Part shown: positions 12,412-23,954 of the stretch, piece after piece | How positions within the stretch are numbered: the first letter of the stretch is position 1 | Layout of the letters: each line of letters starts with the position of its first letter | DNA from: an uncultured virus (IMG/VR IMGVR_UViG_3300044796_000330) | Lineage: Duplodnaviria > Heunggongvirae > Uroviricota > Caudoviricetes | IMG/VR virus record: IMGVR_UViG_3300044796_000330 | DNA length: 64,000 nucleotides | Reading direction: 5' to 3' (one strand) | Notes under the pieces: generated by a model | Databases searched by the model: none | Told to the model about the DNA's origin: nothing | Seen by the model: only the letters and a program-made list of their open reading frames with translations | Program-made: the position numbers and the translations under genes

Positions 12412-13530
12412 ATGAGCAAGATTAATTCGGACGTTGATAGGTTTAAGAGATTGGTTCGTGGGAAAATCCGCGAAAATTTGAAAGACTTTATTGGGAGAGA
12501 GAAGATGATTACTCAGAACGGAGCTGGGAAGAAGATTTCCATTCCGCTCGATTACATTAACACTCCGCATTTTACCTTCGGGCAAAAGCAGAAGGGCGGA
12601 GTTGGTCAAGATGACGGTTCTGGAGAACCTGGAGATTCTGTTAATGGTAATGGAAACAAAAAGGGTAAGAACGGAAAGCAGGGTGGTAAAGATGGAGAAG
12701 GTGATGGATCTCTCGGTGTAGAATTTGATCCATCTGAGCTGGTTCAGATTCTCCGCGAAGCGCTGGAATTGCCAAGATTGGAAGACAAAGGGAAGGGCGA
12801 TTTTCAAAAGGAGAAACTGAAGTATAACAAGATCTCCAATATTGGAAACGAGAGTCTCAGACACAATAAACGGACGTTTCAACAAAGCTTACTCCGCTCG
12901 TTGAGTGAGAATCGTTATAACGCACTTGACCCTGGAAGATCCATTACGATCGAAAAGTGCGACAAAAGATACAAAACGAGTTCTACAATTGAAAAACCAG
13001 ACATCAATTCAGTTCTGATTTTTCAGAAGGACTGCTCTGGCTCAATGTCAGAGACGCATAATCATCTTGTTCAGGCATCTGCTTTTTGGATTGATCTTAT
13101 GCTGCGTGATACATACGGAGATAAGCTTCAGACTATTTGGATGGTGTTCGATACGGAAGCAAAGATTGTTCCGAAAAATGAGTTCTTTAGAATCTCATCC
13201 GGTGGAGGAACAAGGGTTTCAAGTTCATTGGCTCTTGCCTATGATTTGATTGAGAAGAAATATCCGTATTCCAATACGAATACCTTCATCTTTAATTTTA
13301 GCGACGGAGGAAATTATGACGCAGATAACAATCGATGTGTTGAGCTACTGAATGAAAAGATCTTACCAAACTGTAATCAATTTGCATATGGACAAGTGCA
13401 AGAGACAGATAATCTACTCGCTACACTTCAGTCGAATTTCGATAACCACGAGAAGGTTTCACTCGCTCATATCCCAGACGAGGCGGGTGTAATGGGGGCA
13501 ATTAAGTCCTTTTTCACGCCGAAGAAGTAG
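12412..13530 (+). CDS. yeaH: YeaH/YhbH (DUF444) vWA-domain protein
   Basis: DRFKRLVRGKIR, GGVGQDDG, LELPRL, DCSGSM MIDAS, SGGGTRVSS, FSDGGN. Confidence 0.92.
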   Translation: MSKINSDVDRFKRLVRGKIRENLKDFIGREKMITQNGAGKKISIPLDYINTPHFTFGQKQKGGVGQDDGSGEPGDSVNGNGNKKGKNGKQGGKDGEGDGSLGVEFDPSELVQILREALELPRLEDKGKGDFQKEKLKYNKISNIGNESLRHNKRTFQQSLLRSLSENRYNALDPGRSITIEKCDKRYKTSSTIEKPDINSVLIFQKDCSGSMSETHNHLVQASAFWIDLMLRDTYGDKLQTIWMVFDTEAKIVPKNEFFRISSGGGTRVSSSLALAYDLIEKKYPYSNTNTFIFNFSDGGNYDADNNRCVELLNEKILPNCNQFAYGQVQETDNLLATLQSNFDNHEKVSLAHIPDEAGVMGAIKSFFTPKK

Positions 13531-14578
13531 CCAATACTTTTTGGCCAGCTTCATATTCGTCTTTCATAATTAGGAAGTCTCGCTCCCACATAATAACGAG
13601 GTTGTAGCCTGACTTCCTAATCATCTCTTCTCGTTTCAATGTCTTTTTGTATAGCGAAGCAAATGTAATCGACGGATCGACAAAGAGTTTCTCGTCATCA
13701 TCGAATACTTCTGGGTTGCCGTGCCAATAGTCTCCATTGAATTCATATACAGTATTGGTGATTGGGTTGAAACCATCAACAGTGGATCTCATTCCGTTCT
13801 TAAGCATGATCTTAACTTGTCGGTGATCATTATCATCGGGCACGCCCATTAGATTGAGCCACTCTATCTCCATATTGGATACCGCATGAGAACACTTCTT
13901 GCATCCATTACCTTGGAGGTGATCGAATGGTTTCTGAGAAAACTCTCCATGTGTTGAGCATATGATGGTTATTGGTTCGCGAGAGCCAACATATACCGAT
14001 AACGAATAGTCGTATAGGTTATCGTGAATCTTGTTTGCCTTACTAATGAATTCTTCAGTAGTGTAAAGATGTGTCTCTAAGCATTTTACTTTTGCGCACG
14101 TGGGGCAACCACAACCTTTCAGGTGGTTCTTTGGCGGCTGCTCAAACCACTCATTATGTTCTATGCAACGAATGCTAACGTTTGTTTTCTGGTCAATATA
14201 ATTGACTTTAGAGTAATCATATCTGTTTCCGTGCTTCTTGGTGGCTTTCCCTACAAAAGCTTCCGTGTTGGAACGCAGGGATGTCTTCGATTTTATCTTG
14301 CCACATTCCGGGCATCCACGTTCTTTATGTATATGTTGCTTCATTGATTGCTCGAAAATACCGTGTTCTGGGCAACCTATTCGAACTTTCGTGCTCATAT
14401 TGATGAAGTCTTTTTTCGTCAAAGAATAGTCATATAGGTTGTTGTGTATCTTGGTTGCATTGGCAATAATGTTGGTTATGGTTATGGGTTCTCTTGGAGC
14501 TTGTCCGCCGCTACACTTCTCCCCGTGTATCTCTTTTGCCTTGACAATAAACCATTCCGTGTTTTTCCTACCGCCCAT
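13514..14578 (-). CDS. Free-standing homing-type endonuclease: DUF723-like zinc repeats plus Vsr-like PD-(D/E)XK domain
   Basis: Three H...YDYS...C..HG.F.Q....H..G.GC..C repeats; VDGF...VYEFNGDYWHG...MWE. Confidence 0.85.
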   Translation of the reverse strand: MGGRKNTEWFIVKAKEIHGEKCSGGQAPREPITITNIIANATKIHNNLYDYSLTKKDFINMSTKVRIGCPEHGIFEQSMKQHIHKERGCPECGKIKSKTSLRSNTEAFVGKATKKHGNRYDYSKVNYIDQKTNVSIRCIEHNEWFEQPPKNHLKGCGCPTCAKVKCLETHLYTTEEFISKANKIHDNLYDYSLSVYVGSREPITIICSTHGEFSQKPFDHLQGNGCKKCSHAVSNMEIEWLNLMGVPDDNDHRQVKIMLKNGMRSTVDGFNPITNTVYEFNGDYWHGNPEVFDDDEKLFVDPSITFASLYKKTLKREEMIRKSGYNLVIMWERDFLIMKDEYEAGQKVLATSSA

Positions 14579-14657
14579 AATAATACTCGCTCGATAACTA
14601 TGCCGCCCTACATCTTCCTCTCTCGTCAAAATAATCAACAACCCCACTAACAAAACA

Positions 14658-15107
14658 ATGTCCGACTTAAAACTCTTCTCCTTGGCATTCCTCTTCGGAT
14701 TTACTACCGCCTTTACTCTATCGCTCTATCTCATAGAAAACTGTGATACTATGCCTCACCGAAGAATTCACGATAAGGCCTATGACGAAGGCTTCGCTCA
14801 GTCGGAGTGCATTCACAAAGGCGGCAACAAGGTAATCAATGGCATATGTGTATTGAACACCATTGAGCCCAAGTAGAAGGAACAAACAATGAACGGTAAT
14901 AGCCTGATAGGTATCTTCTTTAGTCTCTTCATCGGCGTATTAGGTGGTCTTGTGCTGTCGAGTTGCCCCGCAACAACTCCATATATGGGAGCCTATGCTA
15001 AGGGATTCACCAATGGCATCGAAACTCAAAGATGCCTGGACAGAGGTGGCTCCACTCTCAATGCAGACGGTAAGTGTGTATTGATTACTACAGTCGGGTC
15101 CAAATGA
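14658..15107 (+). CDS. Two paralogous small membrane-anchored proteins (14658-14876, 14889-15107)
   Basis: N-terminal TM helix then AY..GF.....C...GG....G.CVL.T in both. Confidence 0.65.
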
Positions 15108-18100
15108 AATCCATTCTCCATCGTTTCGTCCTTTCCGATCTTTACATCATCTTCATAATCGTATTGGCCGCTGCGGTTATACTCAACTGCCCATTTGCAT
15201 CTAATCATTCTCTCACATCAAGACTATTACGAGCTTCTTGGTGTGCAGTTGGTTGCAGTGTCATAGTGTTCATTTCGTCATTAATTCGCAGTCGTTGCAA
15301 AAGGATTCCACTTAAATGAAAGCACCTGAATTCATCGCTTGTATTCGCGCTATCAACAAGGACAAAGCACGAAGCATTCGGCTTAAGAACCACATCCGGC
15401 AAACATACGCAGCTCACTTTAATCTTCCAATTGACACAATCTCCGTTGTTGAAAAGAATTGGGATATCAAAGTTGTCGCTCATTTAGCCTCTCTAAATAT
15501 CGACGACGTCATCAAAGCTTGGGTCGATCCAATGGAGCAAACTGAAGGCAAATGAAAGCACCAATTCAAGTAGTCCTCGCCACTGCCCTTCGTGATAGAG
15601 GCTGGAACCGTTTAGAGAACGTGCAAGAAAATCAATATGGAGAGATGTGCGAATGGACGCATCCAGATATTGATAGAGATCCAATGCCATTGATTGATGC
15701 TTATTGGTGTCAAGAGACTCTTGATAACAATAGTGCTGATGAGCTTTTGTGCGAGACGTTAGAAGATATTGTTAGGAAAGCAAACGAGTGATCTACTTCA
15801 ATAACATCTTCCGTATTCCTGGGCCGAAAGACCTTGGTATGAGCAAGTCTAATAACAGTATGGCTTGGGAGGAGATGCCGAACTTTCCAGGTGAATTAAC
15901 CTGGGCAGATTATTACGCTCGTGTAAAGATGGAGTATCCTGTGCGTTTCTTCTTTGCCTCTACTGTTCCTGGCTTTTTTCGAGGGTTGTGGCTTACTATT
16001 TCTCGCAGGCCGAAGGACGCAATCTATTGGCTAAAATGCCACCTTATACCTGCCCATCGTTATCATATGATTGATATTCGTCAGCCAGCAGATCCGCGGG
16101 ATCCGTGTAGCAAATATACTCACGGTTGGATGGACAGCGACCATCGAATGGTTCTCGCAATGATGTCTCTGCTTGTAGATTTCATCGAGAAGGAAGCGCC
16201 CGGAGGATATCACATTCCTTCCGAGGAAGACGCAGCCAACGATGATAACGGCACTAACCCGAATCAATTTACAGGTTGTCGCGTTCAGCGCAACAATTGG
16301 CTTGAACTGAAGGCCATCTATGATTACTGGAAGAACGAGCGTTTTACATTGGAACAGAAGTATCTTGACGCCCTCACCAAGTGGTGCGAGGCAAGGAAAA
16401 AACTTGGTTGTAATGATGCCGAAGTGATGCGCCTTAATACAGAAGTGAATGCGGCCGAAGAGGCCTCAAGTAAGCGTCTTGAAGAGATGTTGCACAGGTT
16501 GTTGGTGATTAGACATTGCCTGTGGACGTAAAGATAAGCCATGCATCTCAGTAAGTTCGTAATGACGGAGCGCAACCAATGAAGTTCTATCGCCTCTACC
16601 CAATCAACGCCTCGTTCTTCGACAAGTATCCGAGCTTTAAGCAGTCTCAGACTTGGTCTGCGATCGTTGTGGCTGATACCGAGAGAACCGCTCGCGTTGT
16701 TGCGGCCGAGGCGGGCGGAGAAGCTTGGCTCGATAACAGAGAAACCAACTGCGAAGAGATTGATCCTTACGACTATGAGGCTCCGTGTTTGATTATGGAT
16801 GAACCTGCGTGGGGTAAGCCTGTGCGGAGCAAGCCAAGTCGGTGGGAAGGGGCGAAGGATTCTCTGCTCAACTTCATCGGTAATGTGATAGTGTTGTTGC
16901 CTTTCACTATTGGTTTGCTGGTTTGTGGATTCTTCATCTATGCATTGGCGAAGGGTGCTGCGATTAGTTTTGCTGAGAGCAAGATGAAGCTTGGTGTCTT
17001 CTGTTCTTTGTTGGTTGCCGTACTTGGTTATGGTGCGTATTGGTTGGCAACGAACGCAGTAGAGGAACTAAAAACAGAACTGCGGGCTCATAAGTGAAGA
17101 TCGAACGCTGGAAGTGGCATTGCGTTAACCTCATTCCACACATTGACGTGTGCAGCATATGTGATGAGACTGAACACAATATCATCATCGGTAGGTCTTT
17201 GTGGCTAACGATCTTTGGGGTTATAGTCTACTTCGAGTGGCGGTCTTCCCAAGCTAAAAGAGCGTGGAGCACTCCATTTTTCGGTCCTTATTGGAGTCGA
17301 AGAAGAAAGAGGTTGGGTTGGGCATGGTAAAGCAGCAACAAATGCTTTGTAGATGGATGGCGAAAAACCCAGGTAAGGTTCAGAGAATACTGAACAATTA
17401 TCTCCATGCTGCCGCCAAAACATATCGCACATCGACGCTCATTAGCGATATTATTCTCTGCAATCAACCTAGCTTCTCTCTTACCGAAGAAGAGATGACG
17501 AGCTTCGGCGAAGAATTCACAAGGCAAAAAGGATGCTTCGAGCATTTCCTTCGACCACAACATAACGGAGTTTGGTAATGGATCTCATCTGTGCAAAGCT
17601 CGGCGAAAAATACCTCATCGGATACGATGAGCACGGTGTGCTGTATTATACAGATGCTATTATCAACGGCAAGAAACGAAAACATCTTGAAGGAACCGTT
17701 GTTGGTATCTATGCCACTGCATCTGCATCTCGTAGAGAGCTTCTTCTTGCGTGGACGAGTTCTTCATATCCTGATATGACACAAGGTATGTCGTTCGGTA
17801 GTTCATTGATGAACAGACATTCGCCCCAACACACGACATTCATCAGTACCAATTACGATCGTGGGCTGTGGCTTACGCAGTATTGGGTTGTGGGCAAACC
17901 AAACTATGCGGAGGTCGTTGCCACAATCACCGAATTACCCTGCGCAACCTGCAAGCGCAAGAACTACTCCACCGCAAAAGCTTGTTGGTGGTGCGCGAGG
18001 AAGCTATGAACAATAGGCGAAGGCTCCCGAACGGAGACACAACAGAAGATTCGTCCGCTTATCTGAGCGCTTGGCACGAACTTGCCAACAAGGTGTTGCA

Positions 18101-18257
18101 TTTCTTCCCTGGATATGCCCTCGCCTCATTTGATTCTGGGTTGTGTTTTGAGAAGAGAGATATCACGCAACTTCTATCCGGTGAAAAGATCTACAAGGTT
18201 GTTGATAAGTTTGAACTGAGCACAGCGGCAGCCATGACATTGGCGGCAAACAAATAG
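15104..18257 (+). other. Run of coupled hypothetical ORFs (incl. 15316-15555, 15552-15791, 15788-16531, 16579-17097, 17572-18009)
   Basis: Contiguous + strand ORFs with ATGA overlaps; no recognisable domain except a C-terminal CxxC..CxxC in 17572. Confidence 0.55.
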
Positions 18258-18259
18258 AA

Positions 18260-18938
18260 ATGAAAGCTGACCATCAACGTTGCATCTATATTATCTGCGC
18301 TCGTCTTGGCAAAACGCCCGACGAAGTTGCGGGGAAGTTGCGCGAACTTGGTATTAAGGGCGCGAGAGGTTCTCACTACAATAATCCGCTGTCCCGTTAT
18401 ATTGATCGTTTTCACGAGTTTGGTTTTGGTAGTAGTAATATTAGTAGTAATACGGTCGTCATTGAGTATACTCATAAGTTTGGCGTTGCATACTTCGATT
18501 GGTTCCCTTACAAGAAGTATCCTGGTTTGCAGCCAGTTGGCGAATTCCTGAGAAGGTTCCACGAAGGAAGGTATCCCGAACTTGAAAGCTGATATCAAAC
18601 GCTGCACTGTCGAACTACTCTGCGCTCTCGGATCTTCATCCGAAGAAGTAGCGGAAAGTTTGCGAAAGCTCAACATCAAGGGAGATATTGGTTCATACTA
18701 CTATAACCCGTTGTCATTTTATCTGACGAGTAAAGGCGTGGATAGAATCGTCAGATCAGGCGAAAGATACTGTAATGTTGCTGTTGTGCATTCCGATAAC
18801 GACATCGCAATAAAGTTCGATGACAGCAAATCATATCATCATTACCGTTTGGATATCTATCCTCGCCTGATTCCAGTCAGACGCTTCCTCTCTGATTTCC
18901 ACCATCGAATATACATTAATCTAATTGGCGGCAGATAG
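18260..18938 (+). CDS. Tandem paralog pair (18260-18592, 18582-18938)
   Basis: Both KAD..RC....C..LG....EVA..LR.L.IKG..GS.Y.NPLS.Y...YP.L.PV..FL..FH...Y..L. Confidence 0.8.
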
Positions 18939-18951
18939 AACCTAAATCAAA

Positions 18952-19590
18952 ATGAACACCACAACTCAAAATCCAATCAAAGCTCTTTTCGTTCAGACCA
19001 TTGTATTCAAGGGTGGTGGCTCCTATACAACTACTGGAAAGACATTGCAAGAATGCAAAGAGAAGGCTCGCGCTGCATCAAACAGAATGTCGGGCGAGAT
19101 CTTCGCCATGACCATTCCTTATCTTGCCATCAGCAAAGGCAACACAAACAACGATTACATTGACGCAACATTGCCTTCGTCTTGGAGAAAACTGCTTGGC
19201 AAGCAATTCTGTGCCCTATATGGCTCAAGCGAGGATAACGCAAATCCACCGAGCAACGCTGCTATCGAGGACTTAAAAGCCACCGTGAAAGCTTTCCAAG
19301 CCAAAGAACGTTTGGCGATTGCAAAATTCAAGGCCAAGATGGAGCGCGATGGGTTCAATGTAAAGTCGGAGGAGCCCCCGACCATTGACAACGTGGCTAT
19401 CGATGGTTATACTAATTCACTGATGCTAATGATAGCGTCGATCGCCGTGCTGCTCTTCTCGATTGTTCTCTTTGCAATCTCGGTGGCCACCAGCAACCAA
19501 ACGCTTAATCTGTTTGCTGGTTGTGGTTTTATCTGCGTCGTTTGCGGTATTGCGACTGCTGGCGTTAGGTATGTCTTCGAAGACAGGTAA
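18952..19590 (+). CDS. Hypothetical protein with two C-terminal TM helices
   Basis: Hydrophobic C-terminus. Confidence 0.6.
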   Translation: MNTTTQNPIKALFVQTIVFKGGGSYTTTGKTLQECKEKARAASNRMSGEIFAMTIPYLAISKGNTNNDYIDATLPSSWRKLLGKQFCALYGSSEDNANPPSNAAIEDLKATVKAFQAKERLAIAKFKAKMERDGFNVKSEEPPTIDNVAIDGYTNSLMLMIASIAVLLFSIVLFAISVATSNQTLNLFAGCGFICVVCGIATAGVRYVFEDR

Positions 19591-20024
19591 TGCAATACAC
19601 TCGTCGCCATTACGAAAAACTCATTCATCTCATTAGAGGTGAGGGCGTATTGGTGTATGAGTGCGCGGCCACAACTGCCATTAATTCGAAAGCCAATCCG
19701 TTTTCTCCACTTCGCCAATCGATTCGTGTTGGGTTGAATAGCCCTTGGTGGTTTGTGGTAGCTGCACTATCGCACGAATTTGGACATTGCGTGAGTTTCA
19801 CAAAAGGCGGTGGTTGCAGCTCAGGTGATATGCTTGTGTATGGTTTTGGTGCCGTTGTCGATCGTGCTCACGCACTTCGATTGCTAAACGAAGAACGTAG
19901 AGCCTGGCGTTTTGGTTTCAAGTTTATGCGGGACAACGGTATGCAAGTTGGCGAAGAGCTACTATCCGCAAGACGATTCTGTATGAGGACGCACAAACAA
20001 CTTCACGAGGCAATCAAATGCTAA
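19590..20024 (+). CDS. ImmA/IrrE-like HExxH metallopeptidase
   Basis: LSHEFGH ... EERRAW..G. Confidence 0.65.
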   Translation: MQYTRRHYEKLIHLIRGEGVLVYECAATTAINSKANPFSPLRQSIRVGLNSPWWFVVAALSHEFGHCVSFTKGGGCSSGDMLVYGFGAVVDRAHALRLLNEERRAWRFGFKFMRDNGMQVGEELLSARRFCMRTHKQLHEAIKC

Positions 20025-20112
20025 CAGAGCTTGGAATGATGGTTTTGTGTGTGATGTCGTTCATAGTGTTCGTTGGGCTTTCTGGGTTTGTGTATAGACT
20101 TGTCAGAAGGGC

Positions 20113-20622
20113 GTGCCGCAAATGCTGAAACGACGCATTGACATTGAAGCTATGCACGCCTTTATCGATGGGGAAATCCTTTCGAGGGATTGGAACGAGC
20201 GCATCCTACCACTGTCGATTGAGTATGTTGGACTTTGGTTCAAAGATAATGACACCCCTGACAGTATCAAGGCAATGTCATCTGCCGCAGTTAAGCTTCG
20301 CCTTGCGCTATCCGCAGCAATAGTAAGCGCTAAGCGTTCTCTGGCAGAGATGGAGAACGATAAGCACCATCATACAGATTTTGAAGGGTGGCTTACAAGC
20401 AACGGTGAGGATTGGGGAACGCGAAGAGTCGGACATTACGAAGCCTATATCGCTGAATTCAAGAACGAACACTGGTTGAGTATCTATCACGGCAACAATC
20501 GAATTATGCACACAAGCTGCCCGAACTACTATAAGGCGACGGAGTTTGCTGACACGTTCCTGGCTGGCACGCTTCTTGACGGTAAGTGCTTCGATGTGTC
20601 TCACGCAAAGAGACGCGATTGA
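20113..20622 (+). CDS. Hypothetical protein
   Basis: 169 aa ORF. Confidence 0.55.
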   Translation: MPQMLKRRIDIEAMHAFIDGEILSRDWNERILPLSIEYVGLWFKDNDTPDSIKAMSSAAVKLRLALSAAIVSAKRSLAEMENDKHHHTDFEGWLTSNGEDWGTRRVGHYEAYIAEFKNEHWLSIYHGNNRIMHTSCPNYYKATEFADTFLAGTLLDGKCFDVSHAKRRD

Positions 20623-20636
20623 GATGCGGTGATCGG

Positions 20637-20665
20637 TTGCGCACCGCACGCCAGATGACTATGAT
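20637..20665 (+). promoter_or_regulatory. sigma70-type promoter
   Basis: TTGCGC-17 nt-TATGAT. Confidence 0.65.
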
Positions 20666-20779
20666 TGATAGTGCAATCGAGTGGGGCTGGTTGGCGGCAA
20701 TCGCTAATTCGGATTCACTCGCTGCATACACAAAAACAAACACTCAACAAAGTCGAAACAATAAGGTAGGGATACACAA

Positions 20780-21130
20780 ATGGTTGTTCGTGCAAATCAG
20801 ACGGTTGGTGATGGTGGCAGCGAGCGCACTCAGGATCCGCAGTTTGTCGTTCGCGCGCAGGTCAAGGCGTCGCGGCGACCGGGCTCTGATTCGGAAGTTG
20901 TGGCGTTCTCTCTTTGGTCTGGAAACGGACTCGTGGAGACGGTTTGCATCGTTCCGATTCCCGACGCGGATAAGGAAACGGTCAATGTCTTTTGCAAGGT
21001 GAAGGTGCATCAGCGCCCCCCGTCGCGCTACTTGGCGACTCTGCCTCGTCAGGATGGCGCTCGTGATGATCGAGATGAGAATCACGGCGGTCAGACGCCT
21101 GCTGATAAGCAGGACGCTCGCGAAGACTGA
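20780..21130 (+). CDS. Hypothetical protein, apparently monocistronic
   Basis: Lies between the 20637 promoter and the 21164 hairpin. Confidence 0.65.
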   Translation: MVVRANQTVGDGGSERTQDPQFVVRAQVKASRRPGSDSEVVAFSLWSGNGLVETVCIVPIPDADKETVNVFCKVKVHQRPPSRYLATLPRQDGARDDRDENHGGQTPADKQDARED

Positions 21131-21163
21131 GCGATAGTTAGCTACGAGAAGAGTTGAGGTATT

Positions 21164-21210
21164 GGCGAGCAGACTTGAAACAAACGAGTTTGCTCGCCGT
21201 TCCTCTTTTC
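21164..21210 (+). terminator. Intrinsic terminator
   Basis: GGCGAGCAGACT / AGTTTGCTCGCC stem then pyrimidine run. Confidence 0.6.
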
Positions 21211-21234
21211 CAAAACTAAAAAGAGAAGTGCGTA

Positions 21235-21783
21235 ATGAGACTATGGAGATGGATTTGCCACTTTTTCCGAAGTGGAAACGACGCCAATACCGCATTTCCT
21301 CCGCTCCAACTGCCATCGAAGGCGCATGTTTTGGATCCATTTAGTGAATCCCTTATCTCTTCCTATAGGAAAATGGAAAAGACAATGGCCGAAGAAGAGA
21401 GACGCCAGGCCGAACTCCGCGAACGCACAGAACTTCTGGCAAAAGAAAAAGAGGAGCGTGATCGCGCTGAAGCCGCAAAGCAAATCACCGATGAGCACTT
21501 TCGAAAAGCATTTGATTTCTTAGGCGAAGAAGTGGCTCGAAAGGGTGGAAAAGGCCACATCGACCTTTGCCCCAATTATATTGGTATTCAGCTTCAAGCC
21601 GAGTTCCATGTCTTTATGGATATGTTCATTAAGCTTTGTAATCGGATCGACGTGAAGGCCGAAAAAGATAATGGTATTGGTATCCTCTACGTTGATGCTC
21701 CCTCTCTCGCCAAGTATATCAAGCGGATGGAAGCACAAGCTGCGCCAGAGAACAAGACAATCACAACGAGCGTATACCGATGA
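21235..21783 (+). CDS. Hypothetical coiled-coil protein
   Basis: E/K/R-rich helix. Confidence 0.6.
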   Translation: MRLWRWICHFFRSGNDANTAFPPLQLPSKAHVLDPFSESLISSYRKMEKTMAEEERRQAELRERTELLAKEKEERDRAEAAKQITDEHFRKAFDFLGEEVARKGGKGHIDLCPNYIGIQLQAEFHVFMDMFIKLCNRIDVKAEKDNGIGILYVDAPSLAKYIKRMEAQAAPENKTITTSVYR

Positions 21784-22298
21784 CTTCCATTTGTTCCGAG
21801 TGCCACACAACCACAGCAAAGTTCCACAACTTTGATTGCGGGCACACAATGCATTTGTGTGATGGGTGCGAGCATAAGTCAGAACTTTTTGATTGCTACT
21901 CTTGCCGCAACACCTATATTAGCGATGTGTTTCCAACAAGCAAAGCACTCGACATAATGACTGAGGATTTGTATAGAGCAGCGGAAGCCGGTGAGGCGGA
22001 GTTCAAGTGAAGATATTCACCAACGAGCCTACCTGTTCATTTTCTGAAAGCTTGGAAAAGAAGAAGGTTCAAAATGAACGATGATCTGAAGTTTGTCGGT
22101 GCCCTTATCGTTCTTTTGTTTGTTGGAGTTTCCGCGCCTTTTGTGTATCTTTTTTGCTTCACATCATATAAGACCGATCTCGCACTATGCGAGAAAGCTG
22201 GCGGCAATAGGCTCGTGATTAAAGAGGTATATCCAGCGACATTCATTTGCGATAAGGAAGAGCACACGGTTGTCAAAATTGATGCGGGGTTCTGATAA

Positions 22299-22520
22299 AT
22301 GAAAGCCGGGGACAAAGTATCTCTTACACTAAAAACGAAGCGCTATATGTGCAAGGGTGCGGATTGGCAACGTAGGTATCTTTTGAGTAGACTTGGTATT
22401 GGCGTCATCACAGAAGTATATGTAAGCCCCGTCGGGCACCAATGTGTTTTCGTACGTTGGCTGGGTGGAACGCGACCCTCAACAGAATTTCAACATGATC
22501 TACAGGTGATCGAACAATGA
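22299..22520 (+). CDS. SH3-like paralog family member
   Basis: MKAGDKVSLT..KRYMCKG...GVI...VRW...DLQVI. Confidence 0.75.
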   Translation: MKAGDKVSLTLKTKRYMCKGADWQRRYLLSRLGIGVITEVYVSPVGHQCVFVRWLGGTRPSTEFQHDLQVIEQ

Positions 22521-23001
22521 AGACCAAAACAATTTGCCCTCACTGCGAACGAGACACGGCGGTCGTTCCATCGTATAGGGAGAATGCGGCGCCCATTGTT
22601 GTGAAGGCTGTTAATAGTCAGAAGTTGTCTGTCGCCGCCAAGGTAAAGAACATCATTGTAAAGCACGACAAGACCGCCACGGTCGTCATTGGTGTTGTTG
22701 GAACTTTTTTTGGGCTCACTACTGCGCATTTTATTGGCAAATGGGCTGCTCTTTACATATTCAGGGTGCCGCCAACGCGCGACATATGTTCTTTTCCTGG
22801 TACGATACTGATGTGCTTACTTGTGCTTCTTGGAGGTCTCGCTGCGGTTATTATTGGCAGTGAGATCAAAGACAAGTTGCTATCGATTGGTCAGCCAAAT
22901 AAGAGCAAAACAACTACAAGCGGGTAGTCATAATGAAAACAGAAGTATGCGCAACGTGTGGAAATGATCCTGGTGTCTTCACAAAGAAGAAGTCCTGAAG
23001 A

Positions 23002-23553
23002 ATGCGCAAAGCTCTAAAAGATTTCAAAGCTGGCGAGAAGTGTTGGCTACCAATTAATTCTGAATACAGCCTTGCTCATCTCAATTGGTACGATGATTTG
23101 GTTGAGGGAACGGTTCTTTCGGCACCTAAAGATGGTATTGCCCAAGTTGGTTTCCCGGCTAATACCAAATTCGCATACGCCAAAACGGGCGGCCATAAAA
23201 TTCTTGGATATGATCATTTGTTTGTCATGGTGCCAATTACAGAAAGTTCTGAAGCTTATGATTCCGCGAAAGACCACATAGCTAAAGCACCTGGCAATTG
23301 TAGAGTTCCGTTTGTATATGGGAGAGAACTAAAGCCAGGGGACACGTTCTGTTATGCAAGCGCTGGCAGGCAATGTTATGTCGAGGTTATCTCGATCGAG
23401 GAAACCGAAAGTGCTAATGAGCCAGCGATTGCCATTTACGGAAATGTGTTCAGGGTAGTCTCGGCCAAGAGTGAGATAGTAGAAACAGACAGATGTGTTC
23501 TTTTCCCCAACAACATCTATTTGTTGATTGATAGAAACAGCGAAGAGAAATAA
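23002..23553 (+). CDS. Hypothetical protein (paralog family 2)
   Basis: ELKPGDT...IEETES..IAIYG...YLLIDR. Confidence 0.65.
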   Translation: MRKALKDFKAGEKCWLPINSEYSLAHLNWYDDLVEGTVLSAPKDGIAQVGFPANTKFAYAKTGGHKILGYDHLFVMVPITESSEAYDSAKDHIAKAPGNCRVPFVYGRELKPGDTFCYASAGRQCYVEVISIEETESANEPAIAIYGNVFRVVSAKSEIVETDRCVLFPNNIYLLIDRNSEEK

Positions 23554-23954
23554 AATGACAACCTGTTTGAATTGCGGGCAAGACCCCAACAAGATTCTAT
23601 GGCTATAGAGAGAATGCTGCTCCTTCGGTGCCTGCGCCAACAGTTGCACCGAAGCCGAAGGTCAAGTTCGTTAAGACGATGCTCGGACAGCTTGTTGTTG
23701 GTTTATTGGTCATTGTTGGGGTGGTGTCGCTTATGGTTCTGGACATATCCATATTGATTATGGTTGGTGAGGTCGTGTCGAGACACGTGTTTCACGATCC
23801 TTGCGATGGCATTACGGCATTGGGTATTGGTATAATCAGTATGATTGTGCCTGTTGTATTGATCGGTTTGTCTGGTTCAATTGGTGAAGATCTCGTGAGG
23901 GATATGGAGTAGATCCAGATGTTCTATGATGTTCGTAAGGTAAGGTAGAAATAA

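Noticed and set aside
20586..21344. Overlapping ORFs 20586(+), 20744(-) and 21162(+)
   Set aside because: They cross the promoter, leader hairpin or terminator. 20780-21130 fits the signals better.
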